From Candidatus Peregrinibacteria bacterium (GTDB lineage: Bacteria > Patescibacteriota > Gracilibacteria > CAIRYL01), in contig JBAXIU010000002.1 of NCBI GenBank assembly GCA_037138215.1, forward strand, positions 1-55,488: DNA of 55,488 nucleotides, written 5' to 3'. This document shows, in pieces, positions 8,762 to 18,695 of this stretch; position 1 is the first letter of the stretch; every line of letters begins with the position of its first letter. The notes beneath the pieces were generated by a model. It was not told the origin of the DNA. It did no database searches and saw only the letters and a list, made by a program, of their open reading frames with translations. Both the position numbers and the translations under genes were made by a program.

Positions 8762-9322
8762 TTAAGAAAAAATAAGGTTTGACCGTATCCCACTATTGTA
8801 TCCCGTTCTTGAAATTCCTTTCACTTGAGAAAAGGCATTTACTCCCCCCATATTCGACTGATTTGTCATAGTGGCAAGCGTTGTAAGAGTGGTAAGAGTG
8901 TTAAGAGTTCCCAATGTGTTAGTAGCAAGAGAGGGGAGAGAGTTCACATCAATACTCAATCGATTTGTTCCTGCTGTAACGATTCCCAAAGGTTTCAACA
9001 TTCTCAGCATTGCCCTTGCAATCCATCCCCCGTTGTCTTCCACCGCAGTTCCTATTTCTTGCGCAGTAGGAGCATTTTTTCCGTCGTCGTAATAAATCAA
9101 AAGCGGGTCAGTGTTACTCATTGCAGAGGTGTCGTAATCTAAGGTGAGAACATTGCCAAAAACCGTTCCCCCTTTCGTAGGATCCGCAAAATTGTAAATA
9201 ATGGCGTTCGTGTTCACATTGGTGATCAGCAACACTCCGTCCAGAGATATGGAAGAATAATCCAAAAAAGATACTGTTTTTGCTGTTTTATTGAAGCCGT
9301 AGTTTGAGATTTTTACTTTCAT
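8762..9322 (-). CDS. tail fibre-associated structural protein
   Basis: Start MKVKISNYG overlaps the upstream stop. The T/N/L-rich C-terminus (LGTLNTLTTLTTLATMTNQ) is typical of fibre proteins. Confidence 0.5.
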   Translation of the reverse strand: MKVKISNYGFNKTAKTVSFLDYSSISLDGVLLITNVNTNAIIYNFADPTKGGTVFGNVLTLDYDTSAMSNTDPLLIYYDDGKNAPTAQEIGTAVEDNGGWIARAMLRMLKPLGIVTAGTNRLSIDVNSLPSLATNTLGTLNTLTTLTTLATMTNQSNMGGVNAFSQVKGISRTGYNSGIRSNLIFS

Positions 9323-9546
9323 AGTGCAACAGATAAGGCAATGGCAAGGGTTGTGTCCGATTTCTGGTTTAACGCATTCTGTAAATCCGTTTGCTCCGAC
9401 AAAAGCCCAGTAATGCGTCCCCACAGTGCAAAATTGGAAAACTTTTGCAGCACAATCTGGTTCAGTTTTTTAGCAAACGAAATCTTTTTTGTGTAGTTCA
9501 TAATCGTAATGGGAACCGCCGTTCGTTTTATGACGATGTGGGTCAT
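9319..9546 (-). CDS. small tail-module protein
   Basis: 75 aa, translationally coupled at both ends by ATGA overlaps. Confidence 0.45.
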   Translation of the reverse strand: MTHIVIKRTAVPITIMNYTKKISFAKKLNQIVLQKFSNFALWGRITGLLSEQTDLQNALNQKSDTTLAIALSVAL

Positions 9547-9893
9547 TTTCCGCGAATATTAAGAGTAATCGTTCCCCCCATTTGGGTCGTTTTATTGCCA
9601 GAAGGGTCAGTTTGAAGAACATAGTATCGGCATTCGTTATTCCCAATGGCTGTCCAATCAGTATCGCTCAATAAAAGCGTCGCTATTCCTGTTGTTGGGG
9701 AAGAAATCGTCATGTTCTTTGTAAGGAGGATCGAATAATCAGCATTTTTTAAGATAACAAAAGAAAGCGTGTACCCCGTCAAATTAGATGCAGTCCCATC
9801 ACTTTCTGTAAATTCCAAATCAAATGCTTCGTTATCGCCTTTTGTCAGAACGATTGGAACACTGGGTGCCGAGTAGTCGAGTATTGCTTGCAT
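9543..9893 (-). CDS. Ig-like / BppU-N-like tail accessory protein
   Basis: 116 aa. The pattern KGDNEAFDLEFTESDGTASNLTGYTLSFVI resembles BppU-N/Ig-like phage domains. Its start overlaps the upstream stop. Confidence 0.5.
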   Translation of the reverse strand: MQAILDYSAPSVPIVLTKGDNEAFDLEFTESDGTASNLTGYTLSFVILKNADYSILLTKNMTISSPTTGIATLLLSDTDWTAIGNNECRYYVLQTDPSGNKTTQMGGTITLNIRGK

Positions 9894-11242
9894 TACAAAG
9901 CGGGGTAAAAAGTCGTACCATCGGTTATCATCAACAATCCATTCGCGTTCAAAAGAGCCTCATTTGCAAGCCCGTATAAACTCGTGCTCTGGATTGTTCC
10001 CGAAAGGTTATATTTCCTCAGGAGATAAGGCGTCGTGTTGTCTTTCGCATAAATGGAGGAGGTATCAACGGCGAAATAATCAAAATACCCCGCAGTGGTA
10101 CCACAAGTAATAATAGCCCCCGCCGTAAGAGTGGTGCCGGATATAGTCGCTTGTTTTACTACAAGGTCAGGGTAAGAAACAATAATCCCTGTTTTGTTTG
10201 ATTCGGCAAACCCTCCGGCGTATTTTGCGGATATATTATCAACGGACCCATAAAAAGCAGTCCCACCTTCAGCCCCTACAAAAATAGAACTCCCTGTAGT
10301 TGTTAATGTTTCAGTATATGTTCCATTCGCGCTCCTACTTGTTCCCTGCGTTGTACCTATAATGAAGTGAACATTTCCGATAGAAATATTTTTTACTTCA
10401 AAAGAAGTATTGTATTGACTAGTTTTTGATTGTGTTGGAGATGTCGTTAAATATACTTTCGTAAAATTTGAGCCAGTAGAGTCTGCTTCAAAATTTGTCC
10501 CATCAAAAGTCCAATTTGCCTCAAAAGTCCAGTTCGTAGCAGTTGGGAAAGAACCATCTACTACCAATTCACTCCCCACCGCATTGGTAATCTCAAAATA
10601 AGTCTCTGCCACCGCGGAAACCGTTATTGTTCCGTTATTGTTCGCATTCGTAAATCCTGCAATATTCAAAACTTGTCCCGTTGCCATTCCATTGGTCACA
10701 AAAAGCGGTGCTGTCCCTGTTCCCGTGTAAGTGTACCGCCAAGTCGATCCCGTGGGGTTTGTAATCGTAAATTGTGTCGTAGCATCTCCAAAACGGTATC
10801 CTGCCCCGTTGTTAAAAAACAGTTTTGTTCCATCACTCGCCATTCCAAAAGTCGTACTATTCCCAAAAAAAGAATGCGTCATCAAAGTCCCACCCCCTGC
10901 AATATTCGTTGCAGAATACCGGTACACACGGTGGTTATTCGATGCGTCCCGTAAAAGCACATACACATAGCTTCCGATTTTGCATATTCCTCCCATCGCC
11001 GTGGCACTTGCCCAATCGGTCGTAACACTTCTGCTTTCTCGGTTTCCTCCAGTGGTGTTAAAAACGAGAAGAGTCGTTCCACTCGCCGCCGCCAAAAATC
11101 CCACATCGTCGGTAAAGGTCATTCCGCTTCCGAGAATATTTTTCTTCCCGTACACCGCAAGCCCAATCACCATTTTGTGCGCGTCGTTCAGGTCGACCGC
11201 TGGCAATTGCTCTCCCGCCGCATAATTGGTTCTAAAAGACAT
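9893..11242 (-). CDS. tail fibre / receptor-binding protein
   Basis: 449 aa, G/T/N-rich and beta-rich. The central segment WTFEANWTFDGTNFEADSTG resembles a carbohydrate-binding jelly-roll. Confidence 0.6.
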   Translation of the reverse strand: MSFRTNYAAGEQLPAVDLNDAHKMVIGLAVYGKKNILGSGMTFTDDVGFLAAASGTTLLVFNTTGGNRESRSVTTDWASATAMGGICKIGSYVYVLLRDASNNHRVYRYSATNIAGGGTLMTHSFFGNSTTFGMASDGTKLFFNNGAGYRFGDATTQFTITNPTGSTWRYTYTGTGTAPLFVTNGMATGQVLNIAGFTNANNNGTITVSAVAETYFEITNAVGSELVVDGSFPTATNWTFEANWTFDGTNFEADSTGSNFTKVYLTTSPTQSKTSQYNTSFEVKNISIGNVHFIIGTTQGTSRSANGTYTETLTTTGSSIFVGAEGGTAFYGSVDNISAKYAGGFAESNKTGIIVSYPDLVVKQATISGTTLTAGAIITCGTTAGYFDYFAVDTSSIYAKDNTTPYLLRKYNLSGTIQSTSLYGLANEALLNANGLLMITDGTTFYPAL

Positions 11243-11247
11243 TTTTC

Positions 11248-11787
11248 TTAATTACTAAAAGTGTGGGAAGTATCAATCGTCATGGTTTTTGCCGAAGTTT
11301 TCGAAAAAGTCGGGGACACCAAAATCCGAGAGAATATCGTTCCGCTATTCGCTGTCCCCGATGCACTCCCACTAAAAAGCCCAAATTCCGAAATGGTGTA
11401 CCCATTTGCAGAAGAAAGACCAATAAAAAGAGTGTTATAGATCACATTCCCCACGCGTGACTGGGAAGTAATTGTCGCCCGATATACTTCCGTCCCCAAT
11501 TGTGTGTCCCCACTAGCAGGAGCAGAAGACCCCGTTCCCACTGCCCCGTATGCTATTTTAGGACTAAAAGAACCAGCAGGACTTGCATTGATGCAATACT
11601 CCGCAATATTCGCAAAACCAACATCTGGAACAATATTTTTTACCACCTCTTTCCGTATGGCGAATTTTGCATGATATTTTTCCAATTCTTTTCGAAATTC
11701 TCGCCCCTCAGCAATAAGCATCTCTATTCGTCCCACCATTTTCTTGGCGAGGGATGAAGACGCATCACACTCGACAATGGTGTACAT
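11248..11787 (-). CDS. tail/baseplate structural protein
   Basis: Start chosen at MYTIVECD (alternative 11853 overlaps the upstream gene). It lies between the distal tail protein and the fibres. Confidence 0.5.
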   Translation of the reverse strand: MYTIVECDASSSLAKKMVGRIEMLIAEGREFRKELEKYHAKFAIRKEVVKNIVPDVGFANIAEYCINASPAGSFSPKIAYGAVGTGSSAPASGDTQLGTEVYRATITSQSRVGNVIYNTLFIGLSSANGYTISEFGLFSGSASGTANSGTIFSRILVSPTFSKTSAKTMTIDTSHTFSN

Positions 11788-11825
11788 TCCAAGGGTTTTT
11801 ATGCCAGCAGGAGGGAGAAGAGTAT

Positions 11826-13325
11826 TCATACAAGTGGTGAACCATCTAAACAAAAAGGGCGTTTCGTATCCGCAAATCCAGAAATAGAATACGGTCCCAA
11901 TACATACTGAATTGTGGCATCCTGAACGACGCGTGACGACTCCAAAAGGTGTACACTTTCAGAAAGCGTTTTTTGGTTTGCGTTCACGCTTAACGACTCA
12001 TTTGCCAGTATTTTTTCCGCAATGCTGTAGTACTGGTTTATGGTTCCTGTGGAATCGGTGGCAGTGTTTTGCGTATTCAAAAGCCTTGCCAAAATCCCCG
12101 CCGTATCTACTTCCTCCGCAGATGCAATGGTCACGCTGGTCTCCAGTTTTTGGGTGGAAAAAAATCGACTCGAAGTCCGTTGCACATAAAAATATTGCGA
12201 GAATCCTAAAACGCTGTCCGTCACTTTTATTTTTTGCCCCGCCCTAAACCCCGTCTCTGTCGTTTTAAAACTTCCACTATACGATTCCCCCGCATACCGT
12301 GCCAATTCTGCTTGGGCATACCGTTTGGCAGAGACAATGGTTTTCAGAGAAGTATTTTTTATCTTTTTCGGTAAAATCTCATATTTTGCAATCGAAAGAG
12401 GATCCAGAACTTTTACGAGCACCGGCAGTTTTTGGTATCCCGAAACAACGATGGCTTGCCCAGCAGTCGGCTTATTATCTGAGCGGAATACTATCTTTTT
12501 CCCCGGGTAGTCATACAACGCGTCAAATGCCGTCGCATCGCTTAGCCCATTTGTCCCCACGGTTTTACTCACTCCCGCAACGGTCAACGAAATCCCAGAG
12601 TATTTTTCCAAAATCGAGTATTCCGTACTCGTTCCGTCTGCCGTAATGGTCGGTTCGGTGTATACCGCATTCCCGTCGTATTCGTCTCCCTCTACCACCA
12701 ACAAATTCACAATCTTGTCCCCCTGCTCGGTCAAGTTCAGGCTGTCTTTCGTCATGATGGCGTTTGTTTCCGTTACCTCGTACGGCGCCACCTCACTCCC
12801 GGGCAAAAAGAAATGAATGTTTTTGGAAGCGTCGATATAAAAGTTGTACGCCACGCGGTTGGCAAGGTCTGTCAAAAAATCCGTAAATTTTACATGCCCA
12901 TAAAAGGCATAATCAATTACTTCCGCGCAATTCACATTGGTCGTCGTAAAGCCCGAAAGCTGTGGGTACCGGATCACCACATCGGCAATAATGGCGTTCA
13001 CCGTCATGTTTTTGTAGATCTCCGCTATCAAATCTCCTTTGTTGGCGTCTCTGCTCCAGTCAATCGCTTCCACGGCATACCTCCGAATGTTTACAGAAAA
13101 ACGAGAAGGAGACACCTTCAAAACCCGTCCAGAAAATTTCACTACGCTATCAATGGTCAACACCACTGCACTATCTACAGTGGGGGCTATTGCCGTGGCG
13201 TCGGTCGTTTGCAGTGTAAAGTGCATTCCATCTGGCTTCCCGTAGTGGTCGGTGCTCCACTCAAAACTATCTCGCACTAAAAACGCCGTTCGGTCTACGC
13301 CGGCAACGGTTAAGCTTATGGTCAT
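11826..13325 (-). CDS. distal tail / tail-tip protein (Dit/Tal-like)
   Basis: 499 aa immediately after the tape measure gene with an ATGA overlap. The N-terminus MTISLTVAGVDRTAFLV is typical of siphovirus tail proteins. Confidence 0.65.
   Translation of the reverse strand: MTISLTVAGVDRTAFLVRDSFEWSTDHYGKPDGMHFTLQTTDATAIAPTVDSAVVLTIDSVVKFSGRVLKVSPSRFSVNIRRYAVEAIDWSRDANKGDLIAEIYKNMTVNAIIADVVIRYPQLSGFTTTNVNCAEVIDYAFYGHVKFTDFLTDLANRVAYNFYIDASKNIHFFLPGSEVAPYEVTETNAIMTKDSLNLTEQGDKIVNLLVVEGDEYDGNAVYTEPTITADGTSTEYSILEKYSGISLTVAGVSKTVGTNGLSDATAFDALYDYPGKKIVFRSDNKPTAGQAIVVSGYQKLPVLVKVLDPLSIAKYEILPKKIKNTSLKTIVSAKRYAQAELARYAGESYSGSFKTTETGFRAGQKIKVTDSVLGFSQYFYVQRTSSRFFSTQKLETSVTIASAEEVDTAGILARLLNTQNTATDSTGTINQYYSIAEKILANESLSVNANQKTLSESVHLLESSRVVQDATIQYVLGPYSISGFADTKRPFCLDGSPLV
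11942..11960 (-). promoter_or_regulatory. copy D of conserved 19-mer (sense strand GAAAGTGTACACCTTTTGG)
   Basis: The + strand reads CCAAAAGGTGTACACTTTC, identical to copies B and C. It lies inside the 3' end of CDS 11826..13325, upstream of the fibre genes. Confidence 0.6.
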
Positions 13326-16300
13326 GCGTTTACAAATCGTTGAGAAGAAAGGTTTCCCGCAATAGCATTTGAGAGAGTTGCTACCAAATCCCGTTGAGTC
13401 ATAACGCTTCCTTGCACCGTCAAATTGATGATCACTGTTTGCCCCCCATTACTTCCTCCCCGCATCTGCACAGGAATACTTCGTCCATCTGGCAACGGAA
13501 CAATCGCCTCCGGTCCCGCTTCTCCAGCCATTCCAAATACAGGGGAGCTGGTCACTCCGTATTGTCCAAATCCGTTAAAGATTCCCCCGTTTGCAAACTT
13601 CTGAAAGCCCAGTGTAGCAGGTGCAATACCCAATTTCGCCGCATCTTGTGCTTTTTTTATAGCTCGGTCTATAGAGCTTGTAACGGCATCCATTGCAGAA
13701 ATGTAGTTTTTAATAGCCGAACTTTCAGCGGAGGTGTTGATCGAATCATTAAATCCTTTTAAGCCCTCAGTCAGTTTCTTTTGCTGGTCATTAAGGCTCT
13801 CTTGGGTAAGAATTCCAACTTTAACAAGAAATTTTTGGATGTCTCCCAATTGGAGTCGTAGGTGGTTACCAACTGATTTCGCTTGCTCATCATATAAAGC
13901 ATCTTCCTCCGCCCTCTTTTTACTTAAAAGAGCCACTTGCGCATCGTAAGTCGTTCTCAGTTCTGCCATATCCAAGTCATGCTGTTTTATTTTTTCCGCT
14001 GTTTCTTGCTGGTGCAAATAAATCATGCGTGAAAGTTCGTCCATGGCATTCACTTTTTTTGCCTCCTGAATTTGCGAGTCAATACTACCAATAAACCCCT
14101 CGTTTTTCTTTAAAGCGTCTTCCAAAAAGTGGATATTCTTCAGGGTGTCATCCGATTCTTTTTGTTGTGCGGCGTCTTGTTCTGCCGTTCGGGCGCTATT
14201 CAATGCAGAGTGCATTTCTTGCTGTATTTTATTGTACTTCTCGGTCTCATCCACAATTTGCTTCTGCATCTCAATAAATTTGTCCGCCGCATTGTTCTTA
14301 AAGTCCTTATCACTTCCTTGCTGGCTTTTTGCAAACTCCTCATTGGTCTTTTGCTTGTTCTTCTCAAATTCCTCGTTCAATTTATTGTAGTCCGCCACAA
14401 TACTCTCGGTCATTTTCTTGTGGTCGTCGGAATTCTGTTTAAAGGTTTTTTTCAGGTCATCGTATTTTTTACTAAAAATATCAATTTTTGTTTTTGCCAC
14501 TTCCACCAACGCTTCCATAGATTTTTTTAGCTCGTCTATTTCCTTTTTCGCTTCTTTAGCAGACGCTGCAACTCCACTCCCACCACCCCCTAGATGTTTT
14601 TTCGCTGCTCCAGAAAACTTTTCTAGCAAATCATTGGCTGCTTTTATGTCCCCTTGTAATTTGTAAAATTCAGGGCTTCCAAGTCTCGCTTTCCCCATGT
14701 CATCTTCAAGACCTTTTATTTTCCCTTTCAGTCCGTCCAGTGTCGGGAATACAGAATCTACGATTGGAGATACTGCCTTCATAATGGAATCCTTTACTTC
14801 TTGAAACTTTGCAGAGAAACTATCAGACAGCCCCGTCATCGCCGCTTTAAAATTCTTAAATCCCGTTATTATTTGAAATAGTGATTGGTTAACAGTGCTT
14901 GCTCCACTATTCGAAATTTCTTCAATGGTTTGAAAATGCCATCCAAAAGTACTCGCAGATCCACCAAGGGCATCTCCCAACATATTTATACCGGAAATCA
15001 TGCCATCAATAGCACTCGCTAAAACAGCCCTTGCTTTTTCAGAGTTTGCAAAAACTTCCCATAAAGCAGTAGCCGCAAGAATAACCCATCCTATTGGTCC
15101 CAGTGCTACAAAAAACGCTTTTATTAAACCCGTTGCAACTCCAATAGCAACACCAACTGCAATTTGCGCAGTAATCAGACCTCCATCTGCAATTGCTAGC
15201 GCAATAGTTGCTGCTCTTGCGGCTACCAATTGGTAGGTATACGCCGCTAAAATTGGTGTTAAAACTAACAGCAAACCCTTCACTAATCCCCAATTCGCTA
15301 CTATTAAAGCTCCTGCTGCTGCAAACGGGAGAAGCGGAACCATCATTGCTCCAAAAGCCACCGTTGCCGAGGCAATCGCAGGAACTAAAGACCCGATAAT
15401 CGCCCCAGCAATTGCGAGAATCATTCCTTTATTTTCTATTCCCCATTTTATAAATTCGTCTATTTTTACAAAAACTTTTGGTAGTGTATTGGTAGCCAAG
15501 TCCAGCAATTCTCTTGCTAAGTTTTTTATTCCTTCATAACCGCTCGTATCATTAAAAGATTCTTGGAAACGAGTAAACGCATCCCCAATGTTCGACCAAA
15601 TACCGGGCAAAGTTTCAGATTCCCTTGCCATTAAACCAAAAAACTTTCCCCCTTGCGCATCTAGGGAATTCAAAGACTCCTCCATGTCTTTAAATGATAT
15701 TTGCCCTTTTTCTCCCATCTTTCTGATCTCTTCGGTTGCGACATTGAAATGTTTCGCAAGTGCTTCAATGATAGGAATCCCCGCACTCGTAAGCTGTAAC
15801 AAATCTTGCCCCATAAGTCTTCCTGCCGCCTTCACTTGCCCATACACAAGAGTGAGAGTCCTAAATTTCTCCGCATTACCCAGAGAAAGATCTCCCATCA
15901 TTCGCATAGTAGGAATTATTTTTTCTTGTTCCACACCATAAGCGAGTAATTGAGTAGCCGCTTCTCGGACTCCTTGTATATTAAAAGGCGTCACTTGTGC
16001 AAAATCACTCAAGTCTTTCAGCATCTTTTTGGATCTTTCTGCACTTCCAAGAAGTACTTCAAACGCCACTTTTTGTTGCTCATAAGTCCCAGCAACTTTC
16101 AACATACTTGCCCCTGTAAACCCTATCGCAGTACTCACTCCCGCCAATCCCAACGCAAACTGCTGGGAGCTCTTTACCGCCGAGTCCATGTATTTCCCCG
16201 CCGCATTCGCAAAAGAGCTCAGTGCTTGGGAAGCTCCTGAACTCATAGAATTGATGGAGGATTGCACCTCTTTAAACGCGGCACTGGCCATGTTCTGTGC

Positions 16301-16333
16301 GCTGATGATGATTTTTATTTCGTCATTGCTCAT
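13322..16333 (-). CDS. tail tape measure protein
   Basis: 1003 aa. The N-terminal TMP core is KKMLKDLSDFAQVTPFNIQGVREAATQLLAYG. It also has a long hydrophobic Gly/Ala-rich centre and an extended coiled coil. It follows the G/GT chaperone pair. Confidence 0.9.
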   Translation of the reverse strand: MSNDEIKIIISAQNMASAAFKEVQSSINSMSSGASQALSSFANAAGKYMDSAVKSSQQFALGLAGVSTAIGFTGASMLKVAGTYEQQKVAFEVLLGSAERSKKMLKDLSDFAQVTPFNIQGVREAATQLLAYGVEQEKIIPTMRMMGDLSLGNAEKFRTLTLVYGQVKAAGRLMGQDLLQLTSAGIPIIEALAKHFNVATEEIRKMGEKGQISFKDMEESLNSLDAQGGKFFGLMARESETLPGIWSNIGDAFTRFQESFNDTSGYEGIKNLARELLDLATNTLPKVFVKIDEFIKWGIENKGMILAIAGAIIGSLVPAIASATVAFGAMMVPLLPFAAAGALIVANWGLVKGLLLVLTPILAAYTYQLVAARAATIALAIADGGLITAQIAVGVAIGVATGLIKAFFVALGPIGWVILAATALWEVFANSEKARAVLASAIDGMISGINMLGDALGGSASTFGWHFQTIEEISNSGASTVNQSLFQIITGFKNFKAAMTGLSDSFSAKFQEVKDSIMKAVSPIVDSVFPTLDGLKGKIKGLEDDMGKARLGSPEFYKLQGDIKAANDLLEKFSGAAKKHLGGGGSGVAASAKEAKKEIDELKKSMEALVEVAKTKIDIFSKKYDDLKKTFKQNSDDHKKMTESIVADYNKLNEEFEKNKQKTNEEFAKSQQGSDKDFKNNAADKFIEMQKQIVDETEKYNKIQQEMHSALNSARTAEQDAAQQKESDDTLKNIHFLEDALKKNEGFIGSIDSQIQEAKKVNAMDELSRMIYLHQQETAEKIKQHDLDMAELRTTYDAQVALLSKKRAEEDALYDEQAKSVGNHLRLQLGDIQKFLVKVGILTQESLNDQQKKLTEGLKGFNDSINTSAESSAIKNYISAMDAVTSSIDRAIKKAQDAAKLGIAPATLGFQKFANGGIFNGFGQYGVTSSPVFGMAGEAGPEAIVPLPDGRSIPVQMRGGSNGGQTVIINLTVQGSVMTQRDLVATLSNAIAGNLSSQRFVNA

Positions 16334-16942
16334 TTTGGTTGCGTAAGGTGTTCCGTCTCTCCCTCTCTGCTTTTCCCGCTTCTCTTGCCAGCATGTACTG
16401 GATGGTTTCAGTGCTTTCTTGTTCCATTACCGAAAGAGTGACCCCGTACACCTCGCACAAATCCAGCATCACGCACCTGTTTTTTGCTATAAGGTTTTTG
16501 GTTCGTCCGAGGGTATAATAATGCCCAATTCCGGTGATGATTTCTGATTCTCGATCAACTCTTTTTTTTTCTCGGTCAACAGTTTCACTTGCTCGTCCAA
16601 GTCCTCCACCGTTGCGGTGGTGGGAAAAAGTTTCTCCACTTCGGTAAACAACGCGTCCCCGTCTTTTTTGGGAAGGTCGTTGTACAAATCCCATGTAAAC
16701 GGTTGCCCACCAATTTTTTTAATCGCCACCTCAATTTTCTTTTTCTTTTGCTTAATGGTCGCCGTCGGGTCAAAAACCATGCTCTTTTTCATCACATTCC
16801 CGTCCCCAATATCTTCTGCAGAGAACTGGATACTCGAGGAAGTCACTTCAGAAAGTTCCATATCTTCTCCAGCCGTTATGTAGGTCACAATCTCAACTAT
16901 TTGCTCCGAAACAGGGAGCGTAAAAGTGGTAGTATTTCTCAT
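16323..16942 (-). CDS. tail assembly chaperone GT-like fusion product made by -1 frameshift at 16562-16570
   Basis: Frame B (ORF 16323..16694) is the -1 frame relative to frame A (16487..16942). The two overlap across GAG AAA AAA AAA GAG. The frame B stop overlaps the TMP start. Confidence 0.7.
16487..16942 (-). CDS. tail assembly chaperone (G-like, zero-frame product)
   Basis: 151 aa from MRNTTTF, acidic, located between the major tail and TMP genes. The start lies 1 nt after the upstream TAA. Confidence 0.75.
   Translation of the reverse strand: MRNTTTFTLPVSEQIVEIVTYITAGEDMELSEVTSSSIQFSAEDIGDGNVMKKSMVFDPTATIKQKKKKIEVAIKKIGGQPFTWDLYNDLPKKDGDALFTEVEKLFPTTATVEDLDEQVKLLTEKKKELIENQKSSPELGIIIPSDEPKTL
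16562..16570 (-). promoter_or_regulatory. slippery A9 run (A AAA AAA) for -1 programmed frameshifting
   Basis: T9 on the + strand at 16562-16570. The zero frame reads LLTEKKKELIE. The -1 frame continues KKKRVDRESEIITGIGHYY... Confidence 0.7.
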
Positions 16943-16943
16943 G

Positions 16944-17930
16944 TTAATAAGCGGTAAAAGTGTTAATAAGCTGTGCGGTTGCCATTTTGGCATCGGTCAA
17001 ACTGTAGTGCGCGTTAAATGCAAATGTTTGCTCTGCTCGGTTGTTCTTCCCTCCAGAAAGTCCCCAGTCCTTCAATTTCACTTGAGAAATATCCAGCGTA
17101 AACTTGGGGTTAGTCGTCGTTCCAATCGTCGTTCCCGTGTCAATCATTTGGAATCTCAGCGCTTTGTAGGTATCAGCAGAACTCAAGTCAAAATAAGTAC
17201 TGTCACTCGCATCAATCGTAAATTCTCCTGTAATCTCAAATTGAGTGGGGAAAATATCCAAAGGATCCAATGCCAAGCCAAACGCCAGCTCTGCCTTTTT
17301 GGCAAACTTTATCTTTGCCTGTACAAAGTTAATAGCACTCGCCGCACCAAGCCCCGCAATATTCGCCGCCAATTTAATGGTGGCGTGTTTTGCCATAAAT
17401 ACCGTTTCCGAAGTCGCCGCAAAAGAAGCGTTCGTTCCGGTAGATGGATATTTTCCTTTCCACTTCGCGTCAAACTTCATGTAGTCCTCCTTCACAATAT
17501 CAAGGCTCAAACTATCCAGACGAGTCCCTAAAACTTGTTTCACGCCTGAATCAAACAAAATACCAGCCCCCGTTTCCACTTGGTACGAAGGATGCACATT
17601 GTCGTTTTTCACCACAAAATCAAAAGTGTTTACCGTTGCTTCTGGGCTTCCCGCCGTTTTGGTCACTGTCCCAAACAGTTGCATCAATAACAGCCCCAAA
17701 GAATCTCTGCGGGCAATACCTTTCCCAGAAATCTCAGAAGATTTAGAAACGATATGCTCTCCAATATTACTTTCCAGCCGTCCAATAACGGGGTTATCTT
17801 CTTTCGTGTTTGCAATGGGCTTAATATCCAGAGGTTCATCTAAAAAAAGCGCTATTGTCGCCGCCGCACCGGTTCCCCAAGTGCTTTCTTTTCCAAACAT
17901 TGCCACATCAGCCAGTCTTGTCTTTGCCAT
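16944..17930 (-). CDS. major tail protein
   Basis: 328 aa immediately upstream of the chaperone pair, beta-rich. The call is positional. Confidence 0.65.
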   Translation of the reverse strand: MAKTRLADVAMFGKESTWGTGAAATIALFLDEPLDIKPIANTKEDNPVIGRLESNIGEHIVSKSSEISGKGIARRDSLGLLLMQLFGTVTKTAGSPEATVNTFDFVVKNDNVHPSYQVETGAGILFDSGVKQVLGTRLDSLSLDIVKEDYMKFDAKWKGKYPSTGTNASFAATSETVFMAKHATIKLAANIAGLGAASAINFVQAKIKFAKKAELAFGLALDPLDIFPTQFEITGEFTIDASDSTYFDLSSADTYKALRFQMIDTGTTIGTTTNPKFTLDISQVKLKDWGLSGGKNNRAEQTFAFNAHYSLTDAKMATAQLINTFTAY

Positions 17931-17948
17931 ATCAAAGGGGGTTAAGGG

Positions 17949-18161
17949 TTATTTTTCCAATTGTTGTTTCAGCAGGTCTTGTGCTTCTTCATAACTTCCT
18001 GCCTCAATTTTTATGTCGTACTCCGTAAAAACAAAAAGCTGTTTCACCTGTTCCACCGCTTGCACGGCTTTCAGTGCCTTTTTGTTCACTTCTGGCGTTG
18101 CAGGAGCTTCAGGAGTAGGAGCAATATTTTCTGCCGGTGGTGTAGTGTTGTCAGTAATCAT
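17949..18161 (-). CDS. small acidic hypothetical protein
   Basis: 70 aa, P/A/E-rich at the N-terminus, preceded by 19-mer copy C. Confidence 0.45.
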   Translation of the reverse strand: MITDNTTPPAENIAPTPEAPATPEVNKKALKAVQAVEQVKQLFVFTEYDIKIEAGSYEEAQDLLKQQLEK

Positions 18162-18199
18162 GTAAAGAAGAGTAAAAAGAAAAGACGAGAATCAAAACC

Positions 18200-18218
18200 C
18201 CAAAAGGTGTACACTTTC
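18200..18218 (-). promoter_or_regulatory. copy C of conserved 19-mer
   Basis: CCAAAAGGTGTACACTTTC on the + strand, intergenic, 38 nt upstream of ATG 18161. Confidence 0.6.
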
Positions 18219-18221
18219 GCA

Positions 18222-18695
18222 TCACCTCAAATACGGCGTACACCGCACCACAAACCTACAAATTGCCTCAACGGTTATTGTGTCCTTGCGTTCTCGAAAT
18301 CCGTAATCCACCGTTGCCCCCGTTACCGAGAGCACATTGGATTTTTTTAAAAGTTCTGTGCGGGCGATCTGAAGAACCGTGTCACTCATCCGTGTCCCAT
18401 TGGTATTCCGTTCTTCCATCATGGCCATCAATTCTTTCTTGGCGTTCTTCGCTCCGTCACTCTGCCCCATCCAGTTTTGAGCGTTTAAAATTACTGAAAT
18501 ACTCATCCCGTAGGTATCTTCGTCGTTTGCACTATCCGCCACTTCGGTATTCGTTTTGTCACCGTCTACCGCAATGCACGGCATATATGCCCCCGCAATC
18601 ATTATGGGGTCACCCCAATACACTTTTTTAATACCCCGAGTTGGTACAAGGTTTGTTTCCAAAAGCGCGATAATGTAGTCAATCAAGTCTTTCAT
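18222..18695 (-). CDS. head-tail joining / tail terminator-like protein
   Basis: 157 aa, positional call, coupled by an ATGA overlap to the upstream gene. Confidence 0.5.
   Translation of the reverse strand: MKDLIDYIIALLETNLVPTRGIKKVYWGDPIMIAGAYMPCIAVDGDKTNTEVADSANDEDTYGMSISVILNAQNWMGQSDGAKNAKKELMAMMEERNTNGTRMSDTVLQIARTELLKKSNVLSVTGATVDYGFRERKDTITVEAICRFVVRCTPYLR

Noticed and set aside
16926-17531. 201-aa + strand ORF
   Set aside because: It is antisense to the major tail protein gene and is R/S/K-rich nonsense.
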